Assembly: GCA_045106415.1 (NCBI GenBank)
Contig: JBGCEP010000004.1
Coordinates: forward strand, 32,001 to 96,000
Source of the DNA: Oligoflexales bacterium
GTDB lineage: Bacteria > Bdellovibrionota_B > Oligoflexia > Oligoflexales > Bog-1112
Length of the DNA stretch: 64,000 nt
Reading direction: 5' to 3'
Position 1 is the stretch's first letter. Every line of letters begins with the position of its first letter. Position numbers and translations under genes: made by a program. Below the pieces are notes generated by a model. It was given only the letters and a program-made list of their open reading frames with translations. It searched no databases and was not told the origin of the DNA. Shown one piece after another: positions 19,585 through 29,650 of the stretch.

Positions 19585-20934
19585 CTAGCCTTTTTTCTGT
19601 GCACCCCCCAATCTTGCGGATAGGAAGTCGCTCTGCCCTTTGAGGTTCGCCAGGGTTCCTTCGAGGACAGTGAACTGGCGATCAATCGCCTCTTCTTTTG
19701 CCTCTATCTGGCGCGTACGCCGCTCAATTGTTTCGTCCTGCTGGCGGATCACTTGATCTAGACCTCGAATACGGCTCTTAAGCACTCCGAAACCTGGATC
19801 TCTCAGTGCTCGAATTCGAGAGCTGAGAACTTCCGCAAGACCAGTTCTAGATTTAGAACGGATAAACAAATTTGCGACACTATCATAGTCTTCGGTTAAA
19901 GCGTTCCGGACTTTAGCTTCGTCCATAGTGAGCTCACCTGTTTTTGGATTTGTTGTGATTCCAACTTCTGATAAAGTCCCGAATTTTTCACCAGATATTG
20001 GAAATCTTTGGATGCCATCTTGAAGTTGACGCATGATCATCTTTATAGAAGAATCTCCAGCAAGTCGTCCATACCCACCTGTATCAGGGTTTTCTTGAAA
20101 CTGATTATGAACAAACATAGCAATGTCATTATAAGCAGTCACGAATTCGTTGATTCCCTCTATCGTCGCATCGATGTCGTGCACAACACTGACTTGAATT
20201 CGAGTACCTGGTTCTGAACGCCTTACGTTGAGAGTAACGCCATCGATGAGCTCATCAAGAACATTGTCTTCATCGGTGACCGGGACATCTTCAAATAAGA
20301 CATCTAAGTTACGACCTGTGACCTGCTCTTTGAATTCTAGAAATGTTGTGTCTTCATCGAGGTAAATTGAAGCTTCACGCCCAGACTGCTCACTGACAAC
20401 GAGGAGTCGATATGGCTCTGGCTTATATTTTGTATTGATGACCATGGCTCTGACGCCAGCTTCAGATTCGTTGATTTGTTCGGCAACTTCTTGAAGGGTC
20501 GTATATGGCTCAACCATAACTTCGATTTCTTTACCGTCATCACGCTCAATAAGCATATAACCAAAACCTACAGGCGTATCATCTTTATCGGGAAAGCCAT
20601 AAGCTAATTCTTTTTCTGACCGAGCCATTGCTCGAACTTCAACTTCATAGTTTCCAAGCATGGCTCCCGCTGCAACGCTTCCGTCTATGATGTCAGGGTG
20701 AGAGCTATCTAGTTTGAGTTTGTAGAAATCATAGCGAGTTTTCAGTTTGTTTAAACTAGAGTCGAGTTGACCAATAATCGCATTGAGATCTTCAAATTCT
20801 GTTTTTTCTGCCTGAACTTCTGATTTTCTCTTTTTTGCTGATTCAAGAGGGATACGCTGAACCTTTTTTAACTCATCAATCATAGATGGGTTAATACCGG
20901 CTTGCTTCAATCCTGTATGCATACGTATCGGCAT
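19585..20934 (-). CDS. fliD: Flagellar filament cap protein
   Basis: LIDGVTLN, FVTAYND, LAGDSS, LSEVGIT, terminal coiled coils; upstream of fliS. Confidence 0.92.
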   Translation of the reverse strand: MPIRMHTGLKQAGINPSMIDELKKVQRIPLESAKKRKSEVQAEKTEFEDLNAIIGQLDSSLNKLKTRYDFYKLKLDSSHPDIIDGSVAAGAMLGNYEVEVRAMARSEKELAYGFPDKDDTPVGFGYMLIERDDGKEIEVMVEPYTTLQEVAEQINESEAGVRAMVINTKYKPEPYRLLVVSEQSGREASIYLDEDTTFLEFKEQVTGRNLDVLFEDVPVTDEDNVLDELIDGVTLNVRRSEPGTRIQVSVVHDIDATIEGINEFVTAYNDIAMFVHNQFQENPDTGGYGRLAGDSSIKMIMRQLQDGIQRFPISGEKFGTLSEVGITTNPKTGELTMDEAKVRNALTEDYDSVANLFIRSKSRTGLAEVLSSRIRALRDPGFGVLKSRIRGLDQVIRQQDETIERRTRQIEAKEEAIDRQFTVLEGTLANLKGQSDFLSARLGGAQKKG

Positions 20935-20938
20935 AGAG

Positions 20939-21970
20939 TTGGTATCCTTCTCTTATCTCTCGTATGGTAGCAGTCGTTGCCTATTGAGAGGAGGTAAGAT
21001 CTCGCCGACTTCATATAATGCTATGATAAAAACTATGAAAACGAAGTTGTCACATCCAGTTAGCCGTCTTGAGGTTCACTTAAGAAATGATCTTCTGCAA
21101 TCTTCGTTGCGGCAAGATTTTCCGCATGCTGGGCCTGTCGAGCAAGAATACCCACTTGTTTTGCAGCAAAACAATCATGTTCATAGCTATTGCTTTTGGT
21201 CAGAAGCAAAAGATTTGATTGGTCATTTAAACTGCTGGCCAAGGGTGCTTAAAGATCCTCATGGAGCCCGGAATCTACGTGTTGGCGTGATAGGAAATGT
21301 TGCTGTTTCCGAAGCCTATAGAAGGCAAGGTTACATGAAAAAAATGTTTCAAGCTTTGATGAAAAAACCTCATGTGAAAAATTTAGATGGCTTTGTCTTA
21401 TGGACTGATGAACCAAAGTTTTATTGTTCTATGGGTTTTCGAGCTGTTGGCCGAGAGGCTCATTTAAGGTTCTCTCTTCCAGAAAATTCTTCTCCTGTGG
21501 CAGCCAATTTTTTTCATGAAACTGTTAAGGATTTAACAGATGAAGATTTTGTTGCTTTGCACGCTTTAAGACCAAGCTGTTCATTTATACCTGAAAGAAC
21601 TGTGGAAGAGACAAAAGCACTTTTGTCGATTCCTGATTGTATCTTGTTAGTAAGGCGAGACGCTAACGGGATTATGACTGAAAATATTATTGTAGGACGA
21701 GGGTGTGATTTTATTGGAACTATCCATGAATGGGGAGGGCGGTCAGCAGACGCTTTGTATCAAGGGATTGTTCAAATATTACAACTGACTGAATGGGAAT
21801 CTGTACAATTGATTGCTCCTATAGAAGTTGTCAAGTCGAGCCTTTGGGGAGGGCTTTGCTCTCGTGCTGATCATATGGAAGAGGTCCCTATGGCATTTGG
21901 CTGGTGTCGAACCTTTGAAGGTTATCAGCATTTGAATTCGTCTTTTTTTTGGGGTCTAGATTCAATTTGA
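20939..21970 (+). CDS. GNAT-family (Eis-like) acetyltransferase; start likely near 21023-21035
   Basis: IGNVAVSEAYRRQGYM acetyl-CoA motif, LWTD..KFY..MGF. Confidence 0.8.
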   Translation: MVSFSYLSYGSSRCLLRGGKISPTSYNAMIKTMKTKLSHPVSRLEVHLRNDLLQSSLRQDFPHAGPVEQEYPLVLQQNNHVHSYCFWSEAKDLIGHLNCWPRVLKDPHGARNLRVGVIGNVAVSEAYRRQGYMKKMFQALMKKPHVKNLDGFVLWTDEPKFYCSMGFRAVGREAHLRFSLPENSSPVAANFFHETVKDLTDEDFVALHALRPSCSFIPERTVEETKALLSIPDCILLVRRDANGIMTENIIVGRGCDFIGTIHEWGGRSADALYQGIVQILQLTEWESVQLIAPIEVVKSSLWGGLCSRADHMEEVPMAFGWCRTFEGYQHLNSSFFWGLDSI

Positions 21971-22088
21971 TTTTTGTTAGTTGAGGCTAAATCTATGTAT
22001 TGTTGGGTATCTCTGTCAAAAGGTAACGCTTCCTTCTTTTTTTAAAATTGGCTATATCATTTGTAAAGAAAAATGATGAAAGGTTGCC

Positions 22089-23204
22089 ATGAAACGCTGT
22101 CTGTTTTTTTCTCTTTTAATCTATACTGCGTGTCCTCATCAAGAAGTTGTTGCTTATAGTGACTGGCATAGTGGAGGTGTTGGTTTTGCCCAGAGTTCTG
22201 ATATGCCTTGGTTTGAGGGAGGGCAAAAAGTTTCTTACTGCTTTAAAATTGATGAAGACAATTTTGGCGTTGACTTAGTTTCTGTACGGAAATCTTGGAA
22301 TGAGGCTTTGGGGTTTTGGGATCAGGTCTTTACCCATAAAAATTTTGATCATTATAAAAAAAATGTTTTTCCAGATTTTTATGAAGAAGAGTGCAGAGAA
22401 ACCACTCAATTTAAAATTTATTTAGGGGTATGGCCAGAAGGCTTTCCTGGTGATCCAAAAACGACTGTAGCTAGAGCTGTACAGGTTTCTCGTTCCTTGT
22501 ATGTTTCTCCAGAAAAAGGTCACAATCAGCTTGAAAGAGCTCTTTCTAATCGGTGGTCGTATCAGGGGGGGTGGCTACTATCTGTTACTTTGATGCATGA
22601 GATAGGCCATGTTTTAGGGTTCCCGCATGATGATCGAGCTACAAGTATTATGAATGATGCGAATATTCTGAAGCTGGTTGGTGCTTTTTTTGTTCAAGGT
22701 TTTTCTGATTTCTCAGAAGTTTTAAGCAAAGAAATGTCGAAGACGGCTGCTACTATAAAGTTTGATAATTTTTTAAGCGTTAAGGATGCTGGGTACATTG
22801 AGTCGCGTAACACCATAACATTAAAGAGTTTTTTCCCAAAGTATAGGGATTGTCATATGCTTCTAGTTTTTTATACAGAAAAAATATTTATCTTCCAATG
22901 GGAGAGAGATGATAGGGTTGTTGGTGTAGAATTTTTTCCTGCAACCTTGGATGAAACATATCGTTACCTTAAGCCTTTAGAAAAATCTTGTGACCTGTAT
23001 ATGCGAAATTTTCTTATGGCCCCGCTCTATAATTTGATGGCTAAAAAAGACATGGCTATAATACCAAATTCTGCAAAAATAGCGTATGGAAGAGAGTTGG
23101 TGCTGAGTCACGGCGATATTGTTTTGAAGATAAAATCAGATGGTTGGGAAATTTTAAAACTTAATGGGGAAAAGTACAAAACAACAGGGTTGCAGCCTTA
23201 TTAG
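22089..23204 (+). CDS. Secreted metzincin (matrixin/M10-like) zinc metalloprotease
   Basis: Signal peptide; HEIGHVLGFPH (HExxHxxGxxH) and SIMN Met-turn. Confidence 0.8.
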   Translation: MKRCLFFSLLIYTACPHQEVVAYSDWHSGGVGFAQSSDMPWFEGGQKVSYCFKIDEDNFGVDLVSVRKSWNEALGFWDQVFTHKNFDHYKKNVFPDFYEEECRETTQFKIYLGVWPEGFPGDPKTTVARAVQVSRSLYVSPEKGHNQLERALSNRWSYQGGWLLSVTLMHEIGHVLGFPHDDRATSIMNDANILKLVGAFFVQGFSDFSEVLSKEMSKTAATIKFDNFLSVKDAGYIESRNTITLKSFFPKYRDCHMLLVFYTEKIFIFQWERDDRVVGVEFFPATLDETYRYLKPLEKSCDLYMRNFLMAPLYNLMAKKDMAIIPNSAKIAYGRELVLSHGDIVLKIKSDGWEILKLNGEKYKTTGLQPY

Positions 23205-24064
23205 TAAGATCGCGTGAGTTTTGAGCTGTGGATATTGAGAGCGTAAACATCTTTTTGATCATGCTTTTGCACCTCTTTTTGTGACCATGAAATAAGTGCA
23301 TTTATCTTTTGTTTGAGCTGAGATTGAAATGTAGAGTTTGAAGTAAACATCACAGAAAAACTGACTTCGCTCTCTTGTTCATTGCGTTCTGCTTGATCGA
23401 GTGCAAAAGCAAGCCTGCTTCTAAAGAAAGCTGGGAATAAATAGCTGTCTTTTGGTAAGTGAGCCTGGAGGTTACTGCAGGTGTATGTATTGCTTTCATC
23501 TTTTTTATGAATAAGCTTGTGTGAAATAAGTTTTCTTAAGGTCGTTTGTAGCTTTGAGTGGGAACACCCTAGGTGTTTTTGAAGAGTTAGGTGATCTATC
23601 GCTGTTCCGCTATGAGATGAGATAAATTGTCTTACGAGCTGAGCTGTCATATCAAGATGAAACCAATCAGGAGTTTCTCTTGATGGAGGAGGTACGATAT
23701 TTGTAATGTCAAAGAGGTGCTTCTCTGCTTCAAGGACTTTTTCTTTGAGATTGTTTTGACGCCCAGGTTTTTTCGATTGCTGATAGTTTGCTAAAGCCTC
23801 CAGGAAGTCTTGCTCTTTAGAGTCAAGCTGCAAGAACTCACATGCACCCCAGAGTTGATCAAGGCTTAAGTGGGTTTTTAAAGAGAGGGCAAGAGACAGG
23901 TATGCAGGTTTGATGCCGCAAGCGTGTGCCAAGTATTTCAATTTGTAGCTTTCAGGTTTGACCTCTTTCATAAAAGACATTGTGTCCTTTAAAATCAACC
24001 TGTAGTCGTTATCTATGCCTTGATTGTTGATGATGATTCGCATTGCTATCTCTTCTAAGTACAT
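23201..24064 (-). CDS. TIGR02147/DUF4423-like HTH protein
   Basis: DYR..LK, LA..CGI.PAYLS..L..K.HLS N-terminal HTH; C-terminal VYALN motif; ~290 aa. Confidence 0.7.
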   Translation of the reverse strand: MYLEEIAMRIIINNQGIDNDYRLILKDTMSFMKEVKPESYKLKYLAHACGIKPAYLSLALSLKTHLSLDQLWGACEFLQLDSKEQDFLEALANYQQSKKPGRQNNLKEKVLEAEKHLFDITNIVPPPSRETPDWFHLDMTAQLVRQFISSHSGTAIDHLTLQKHLGCSHSKLQTTLRKLISHKLIHKKDESNTYTCSNLQAHLPKDSYLFPAFFRSRLAFALDQAERNEQESEVSFSVMFTSNSTFQSQLKQKINALISWSQKEVQKHDQKDVYALNIHSSKLTRSY

Positions 24065-24186
24065 AAATGATGTGCTTATGCCAGCGCACGATATTAAGTC
24101 TCATTAAAGATATATAAAAATTGAAGAGATTTGTTTTTTTTTAAGAGAAAATGAATTTTAAGATGAGAATTCATTTTCTCTTAAAA

Positions 24187-25716
24187 TTAGGTCGTTGGTG
24201 ACGCTGAAGTTTGTCTGCGGAAAATGTGAAGTATAGCTAGGGATGTTGTTGTGATGAGGGTGAAGCTTACTAGAGGGCTTAACTGGACGAAGTCGATAAG
24301 CAAATATGTTGAAATCGACATGATTGCTGTTGTGATGCAGTAGGGTAATTGAGTGACTACGTGATTCATATGATCGCAACCAGCGCCAGTTGAAGATAGT
24401 ATCGAAGTGTCAGAAATAGGAGAACAGTGATCTCCAAAAACAGATCCGCCTAAGACAGCAGCAATGCATAAGCTTAGAGCCTCTGGCGAAGAACCGTTCA
24501 TTTGGGCAATAATTGGCAATAAAATAGAAAATGTCGCCCAGCTTGTGCCTGTTGTAAAAGAAAGCAGTCCGGCAAGTAGAAAGCTGACCAATGGAAGGCG
24601 TGAGATCGGAACATTTGCTTGGGTGAGCTGTTCGACTATGAACTCACCTGTTTTTAATTCTCCTATGACAGAGGCTAATCCCCATGCAAGAAATAAAATT
24701 GTCATAGCTGGGGCCATGGTTTTGAAGCCTATGACTGCTGCCGGAAGCAATGTCCCTTGGCGTCGAGGAAGCTTCACTACTGTGATCGTAAGCGCAGAAA
24801 GCGCCCCGAACCACAAAGAAGGGCCGATTTCCATATAACGTACAAAATCCATAGCCGTGGCTGTGGCAGGTATTTTAAAATAGGCAGATAGGAACATTCC
24901 CCCAAGAGTTGCGGCTAAAAGTGTTCCCATAGCCCATAAGGGAGTGTGATAGGTCGTCGTGTTTTCAGAGTATTCTGTATGTGCAATTGTGACATTGAGC
25001 TCTTTTTCACTTTTTGCCATTGCTTTAAAATTGAAGTCGGTGATAGCAACATAGAAGACAGCGCCAATTGTGAATAAAGAGTAAAAGTTTAGAAAAATAG
25101 ATTCTAAGAAAAGACTAAGGCCATCAGTAGATAGGTTTTCGTTACGTGCAATTCCGTCAAGAATAGCAATGATCGTCGCTCCCCAGCTTGAAATTGGCGC
25201 TAAAATGCATACTGGGCCAGCTGTTGAATCGAGAAAGTACGCAAGTTTTTCGCGAGAAATTTTTGAACGATCTGCCAACGGCCTTGATACCGTGCCAACA
25301 GCAAGAGTGTTGAAGTAATCATCAATGAAAACAGCAAGACCTAAGCAGATAATTGTAAGTTGAGTTTTTATTTTTGAAGTTTTATGCCTCATAAACTGCA
25401 AGCTAAGTTGTTCCATTCCACCAGAGGTAATGAGCAGGTGAATTAAAATGCCTAAAAACCAAAGAAACCCGAATAATGATATGTGGTCGATATCTAAACC
25501 GTGGCTGCTTTCATATAGAACGGAAAGAAGGCTTTTATAGAGATGTGGAATCATCGCTAAAAGCTGACCGTCAACAGCAAGAAAACTACCGGTTAAGAGA
25601 CCTAGGAAAAGAGCACCTATGGCATGGCGTGTGGCTAAAGCTGCTGTGATTGTGACAAGGGGTGGAAGGATAGCGAGCCAATCAGGAAAATGTGTTGCGG
25701 TCATAGAGGTACTCAC
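24187..25716 (-). CDS. NhaC-family Na+/H+ antiporter-like (possible amino-acid) transporter
   Basis: LPPLVTI, FIDDYFN, SREKLAY.LDSTA, TGTSW, GDHCSPISDT, HVVTQLPY. Confidence 0.9.
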   Translation of the reverse strand: MSTSMTATHFPDWLAILPPLVTITAALATRHAIGALFLGLLTGSFLAVDGQLLAMIPHLYKSLLSVLYESSHGLDIDHISLFGFLWFLGILIHLLITSGGMEQLSLQFMRHKTSKIKTQLTIICLGLAVFIDDYFNTLAVGTVSRPLADRSKISREKLAYFLDSTAGPVCILAPISSWGATIIAILDGIARNENLSTDGLSLFLESIFLNFYSLFTIGAVFYVAITDFNFKAMAKSEKELNVTIAHTEYSENTTTYHTPLWAMGTLLAATLGGMFLSAYFKIPATATAMDFVRYMEIGPSLWFGALSALTITVVKLPRRQGTLLPAAVIGFKTMAPAMTILFLAWGLASVIGELKTGEFIVEQLTQANVPISRLPLVSFLLAGLLSFTTGTSWATFSILLPIIAQMNGSSPEALSLCIAAVLGGSVFGDHCSPISDTSILSSTGAGCDHMNHVVTQLPYCITTAIMSISTYLLIDFVQLSPLVSFTLITTTSLAILHIFRRQTSASPTT

Positions 25717-25813
25717 AGAGCTGAAAAGGTTAAAACCGGCTACGCCGATGCTCAGTTCTACAGGATCGTGTCAGAGTAAGCAATCTTATGCGTAAGCGGC
25801 ATAATCTAATTTA

Positions 25814-26473
25814 TTAAGATGATTGGTTTTGGTGTAAAAGAAGTTGAAGCTGCTCAATTTCTAATGGCGACAGTTGCTGATGATTCTCTTCTTGTGCTTG
25901 GAAGTGAGGTTTTAAGAGGTATAAATAGACAATGCTCCAAAACTGGTTGAGCCATAATGCGTTGTCGTAAAAATTATGAGTGTCGTAATATTCGGTGCGG
26001 TGGCGTGTGGAAATATTCCAGTATTCAACATCCCAAAAAAGTAAACTTCCTGCGCCTAGAGCTGCTGTCAGCAAGGTTGGAATCATCACAGGGTGCTCAC
26101 GAAAAAGTAAAGCGTAATTGATAGCGGAGGCGCCAAGATATAAAGCAGGGGTGCCACCACACCACCAGCGTTCACAGTTGTAGATATTAAGAACCTCTAG
26201 GTGTTGGAGAAGAAAAGCTAATGAGTTGAGTGAGAGCTGAATGTGTTGACCCACGCGAGAAGAAGTGAGCCTTTGAGAAGGTTCGTTATCTTCAGTGAAT
26301 GGTGTCTGAATTTCTCGTGGAGTTTGAATAGAAATTGAGACAATTTCGCTGTCTGAGTTGGAAATTCGTGTGTGGTGAGAGTTCCTTGGAGCACTGTAAA
26401 GTGGCAAAATAATAAGGCTCGACAATAATGAGACTTTTAAAAATTGAATAGTTTTATTGCAAGAAAAGGTCAT
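25814..26473 (-). CDS. Hypothetical membrane protein with signal peptide
   Basis: Signal peptide, S/T-rich linker, several hydrophobic segments. Confidence 0.6.
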   Translation of the reverse strand: MTFSCNKTIQFLKVSLLSSLIILPLYSAPRNSHHTRISNSDSEIVSISIQTPREIQTPFTEDNEPSQRLTSSRVGQHIQLSLNSLAFLLQHLEVLNIYNCERWWCGGTPALYLGASAINYALLFREHPVMIPTLLTAALGAGSLLFWDVEYWNISTRHRTEYYDTHNFYDNALWLNQFWSIVYLYLLKPHFQAQEENHQQLSPLEIEQLQLLLHQNQSS

Positions 26474-26669
26474 AAAGTTCCCTGGTGTTCAAATAACTTT
26501 GATTTTATAGATCAGAAAAAGAATTGTATCAAGCGTGGGTTTGTGTTCTTGGCTTTTTTGGACATGTCTGAGTAGCAGAGAAAAGTAGTCTTTTTGTGTC
26601 TTTTAAATTTTTTATTTAAGGTTTTTGTATTGCATGACGATAAGTGCGGTGAGTTTAGCGGAGAAAAAA

Positions 26670-29585
26670 TTGCTTTATACACGCATGTGGATCCTCCAGT
26701 TTTTGATGTTGATTTTTGTTTTGGGGTCTTGCCGATCTGAGTCAAATAAATCATCCGCCGGAAGTTCAGCGGATGTTGGCATATCGACCCCTTATTGGCT
26801 TGTTGAAACATGCGATGTGGATACTGAGTTATGTTTTACGGAGATATCATTTGATTCAAATTTTGGAGGTTATTCCTTAGAGGGCAGTGAAAATGTTGAG
26901 GTGTCTATTGAGGAGTGTGAAATTGTGGGCCCGGTTCCGGCCCCATCACAAAGTGTTTGTCGTAAAATGGCTGAGGACGAAATAGCTGATCGTCTCCCCA
27001 AAGAGATAGCATCTTTTGAACAGTTATCAGCAAAAGAACCTTTGCAGCTAGCAATTGAAAGCCATGGTCAAGCTGCTTATTTAGCTGTGTCAGAGTGGAG
27101 TCAATGTCGTTTTGACCCTAGTTATCGAAGCCTGTTGGATCTTGATTTGCAGCAGGATTTAGAGTCGGAATTGAGTCTTGTGCAGCAAGAAATTCAAAAC
27201 CCACTAGAGTTTTACCGTAATTTTTATGAAGGGGATGTTGGCCTTGCGAAGCTAGTTCTTCTTTTAGATAAAAGCGGTAGTATTGCTGATGCTGAAGGTC
27301 TTGATGCTCTTTTAAAAAAAGCTGGTTTTGGTAAAGAAAAAGTCGATATTGATGTTGAAATGTTTCGGAGTAAGTTAAATTTTGATGTGATCGACTTTAG
27401 TGATAAAGGTTCTTTTTTTCTTTCTCTTTCACGTTTATCTCCAACCGGTAGTTTTGCACGTGAAATTTTTACGGCTGCATCTCATTTAAGCGGTATCACT
27501 AAGTCGGGTAAGAACTTTTTTGAAACTGTAGACAAAGAACTTTTGAACACAGAAGAAGAAATTTTAGATGCAACTTTGTCAAAAAAAGAAAAACTGCACA
27601 GAGTAATGGAAAAGACTTTAGTGATGACAGCTGTGGCTTTAGATCTCGCCTCAGCAAATTTAAAAGGAGCGGCGATTGTTGATGACGAAAAGTCATCAGA
27701 TCTAAAAGATAAGGCTGAGTCGACTGAGCAACAAGCTCAGGGAGCTCGATATGTAAAATGGGTTAAAGACCGAGTGAAGTCTGGCGGGGCTGATTTTAAA
27801 AAAGAACTTTTACTTGCTTCACAAAGAGTTGTTGATCATGGCTTTGATGCTGCTGTGGATATAGAGTCTGGAGGTGCAAGAAAAGTTGGTGTTCGTCCTT
27901 CACAAGCAAAACATGATCATGTTGAAAGTTTTGGTGAATTATTTGAGCAAACGTTTAAGGTTCGACAAGAAAGTGTGGCTCGGCATGATGTTTCTATTTC
28001 TTCTGTTTTAACTCGAGGGGCTGCATCTGCTGTTTATGGTGATCCTTTTGCTATGGTCTATGGTGCGTTTGAGGGTGCAGCTGTTGTTAATGGCACAATA
28101 AAGTATGCGAGAAACCGAGATACGATGGTCTTAAAGGTGAAGCAAGGCGAAAAAGAGTTAGCTTTACGTTATCCTTTTGAAAGGACAAAAGACTTTGTTG
28201 TGACCGCAGAAGAGCATAAACGCCTTAAAGATGCATATGATTGGCGTAAACTTCATCGTGTTGAAGGGGTTAGTTTTGATAAAGTGAAAGAAGGTTTGAA
28301 GAAATATTCAAAAGCTCGACAAGATCATCATATTCTCGATGCTCTCAATGTTGCTAGCTATAGTGAAAGAGTAGACAAGGCCACTGAAAGTGTGATGAAA
28401 CTTCGTAAGAAGAAAGACAATGAAAACGCCGATGACTATGATAAAGATTATGACTCTGTGTCACGCTCTTTAGTCGATATTGCCGAAGCAGCGGATTCTG
28501 ATATTACGGATATTATGAATGATGAGGGGGAGTCGAAAAGTTTCCAGGCGAAATTTTACACTGCAAATCACATTCAGAAAAATTTGATAGAGACAGTGTC
28601 TGATCATAAAGCTTTAGAAGATTTTGTAAAGCTTAAAGAGTCAATGAGGAAAAACCGTAAAGTTCCAGAAGGAAGTGAAGAAAAAATTGATGGGTTTCTT
28701 GCTGACTCAGAAAAATACCTTGCCCAAAAAGGCATAGATCGTGAGGAGGTTGTGGATTTTCATAAGCTTTATAGTTTAGTTGAAAAAGACTCTTCAAAGC
28801 TTAAAAATGTTGATTTTGCAGATCCTGCATTTAAAAATTTAAGAACAGTCCGTGACCGTTTTTCAGAAACAACAGCTCTACAAAAATCAAACTGCAGTGG
28901 CACAATCTGTGCTGCTGTGATCGAAGCTGCAATCACTGAGAAAAAAAATTCGAATGAATTAAAAAATATGGTTAAAACTCTAGAGAAAGATTTCTCTGGT
29001 CCAGCCAAGACGCCAGGTCCTTCTAAAATAAGAAAAAGTCTTGCGAAACATGGCGTTGGGCAAGAAGTTGAATCAGAACAGCCAGAAAGATTGAAGAAAC
29101 AAGATAGAGGAGACTATGAATTTGCTGTAAGTCGTCGAGCTAATATTACAGTCCGAATGAATTTAAAGGGTCTTTTGGAAGCGAAAGATAAATTCTCAAG
29201 TAAGAAAAGAGCGCTTGCGAAAAAGATGTCTCTTTCTTATAAACGAAAAAAAGAAGACAAAAAAAAGAGAATCTCTTTAAAAAGTGAAAAATTAAAAGAA
29301 AATATGAAGAGTGATGTAGCAAAGAAAGAGGCTAAGAAAAAAGAAGAGAAACAAAAAGAGGCTAAGAAGAAAAAAGAAGAGAAAAAGAAAGAGGCTAAGA
29401 AAAAATCTGCAAAGAAAAAAAGTACAAAGCTAGCGCTATCTTTATCGGAAGATGGTTTGAGTCAAGAAGAGGATCTTCATAACTGTGCTGAGCCATCTCT
29501 TTTTTATTACCTTGTTGTGATGCAGACGACTCTGTCGGAGATTCAATCGCAGAGGTCCTTTCTCAATTTGATAGAGTCACCATGA
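26670..29585 (+). CDS. Large hypothetical lipoprotein, helical, with Lys-rich C-terminal region
   Basis: TTG 26670 with GGAG RBS (or ATG 26685); lipobox-like VLGSC; ~970-aa open frame. Confidence 0.75.
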   Translation: MLYTRMWILQFLMLIFVLGSCRSESNKSSAGSSADVGISTPYWLVETCDVDTELCFTEISFDSNFGGYSLEGSENVEVSIEECEIVGPVPAPSQSVCRKMAEDEIADRLPKEIASFEQLSAKEPLQLAIESHGQAAYLAVSEWSQCRFDPSYRSLLDLDLQQDLESELSLVQQEIQNPLEFYRNFYEGDVGLAKLVLLLDKSGSIADAEGLDALLKKAGFGKEKVDIDVEMFRSKLNFDVIDFSDKGSFFLSLSRLSPTGSFAREIFTAASHLSGITKSGKNFFETVDKELLNTEEEILDATLSKKEKLHRVMEKTLVMTAVALDLASANLKGAAIVDDEKSSDLKDKAESTEQQAQGARYVKWVKDRVKSGGADFKKELLLASQRVVDHGFDAAVDIESGGARKVGVRPSQAKHDHVESFGELFEQTFKVRQESVARHDVSISSVLTRGAASAVYGDPFAMVYGAFEGAAVVNGTIKYARNRDTMVLKVKQGEKELALRYPFERTKDFVVTAEEHKRLKDAYDWRKLHRVEGVSFDKVKEGLKKYSKARQDHHILDALNVASYSERVDKATESVMKLRKKKDNENADDYDKDYDSVSRSLVDIAEAADSDITDIMNDEGESKSFQAKFYTANHIQKNLIETVSDHKALEDFVKLKESMRKNRKVPEGSEEKIDGFLADSEKYLAQKGIDREEVVDFHKLYSLVEKDSSKLKNVDFADPAFKNLRTVRDRFSETTALQKSNCSGTICAAVIEAAITEKKNSNELKNMVKTLEKDFSGPAKTPGPSKIRKSLAKHGVGQEVESEQPERLKKQDRGDYEFAVSRRANITVRMNLKGLLEAKDKFSSKKRALAKKMSLSYKRKKEDKKKRISLKSEKLKENMKSDVAKKEAKKKEEKQKEAKKKKEEKKKEAKKKSAKKKSTKLALSLSEDGLSQEEDLHNCAEPSLFYYLVVMQTTLSEIQSQRSFLNLIESP
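29322..29420 (+). repeat. Low-complexity KKEAKKKEEK tandem repeat within the CDS
   Basis: AAAGAGGCTAAGAA occurs three times. Confidence 0.8.
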
Positions 29586-29650
29586 GTTTTGATTGACGAG
29601 TTGGTTTTCTGTGTTCTATAACTGAGCCAACTTGAGCAAAAGAGAATTTT

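Noticed and set aside
20925..20932. GCCGATAC sigma28-like box at fliD
   Set aside because: It overlaps the fliD start codons (ATG CCG ATA) downstream of the RBS and has no -35
25717..25813. Lysine riboswitch expected upstream of the NhaC-like transporter
   Set aside because: The intergenic gap is under 100 bp and shows no L-box motifs
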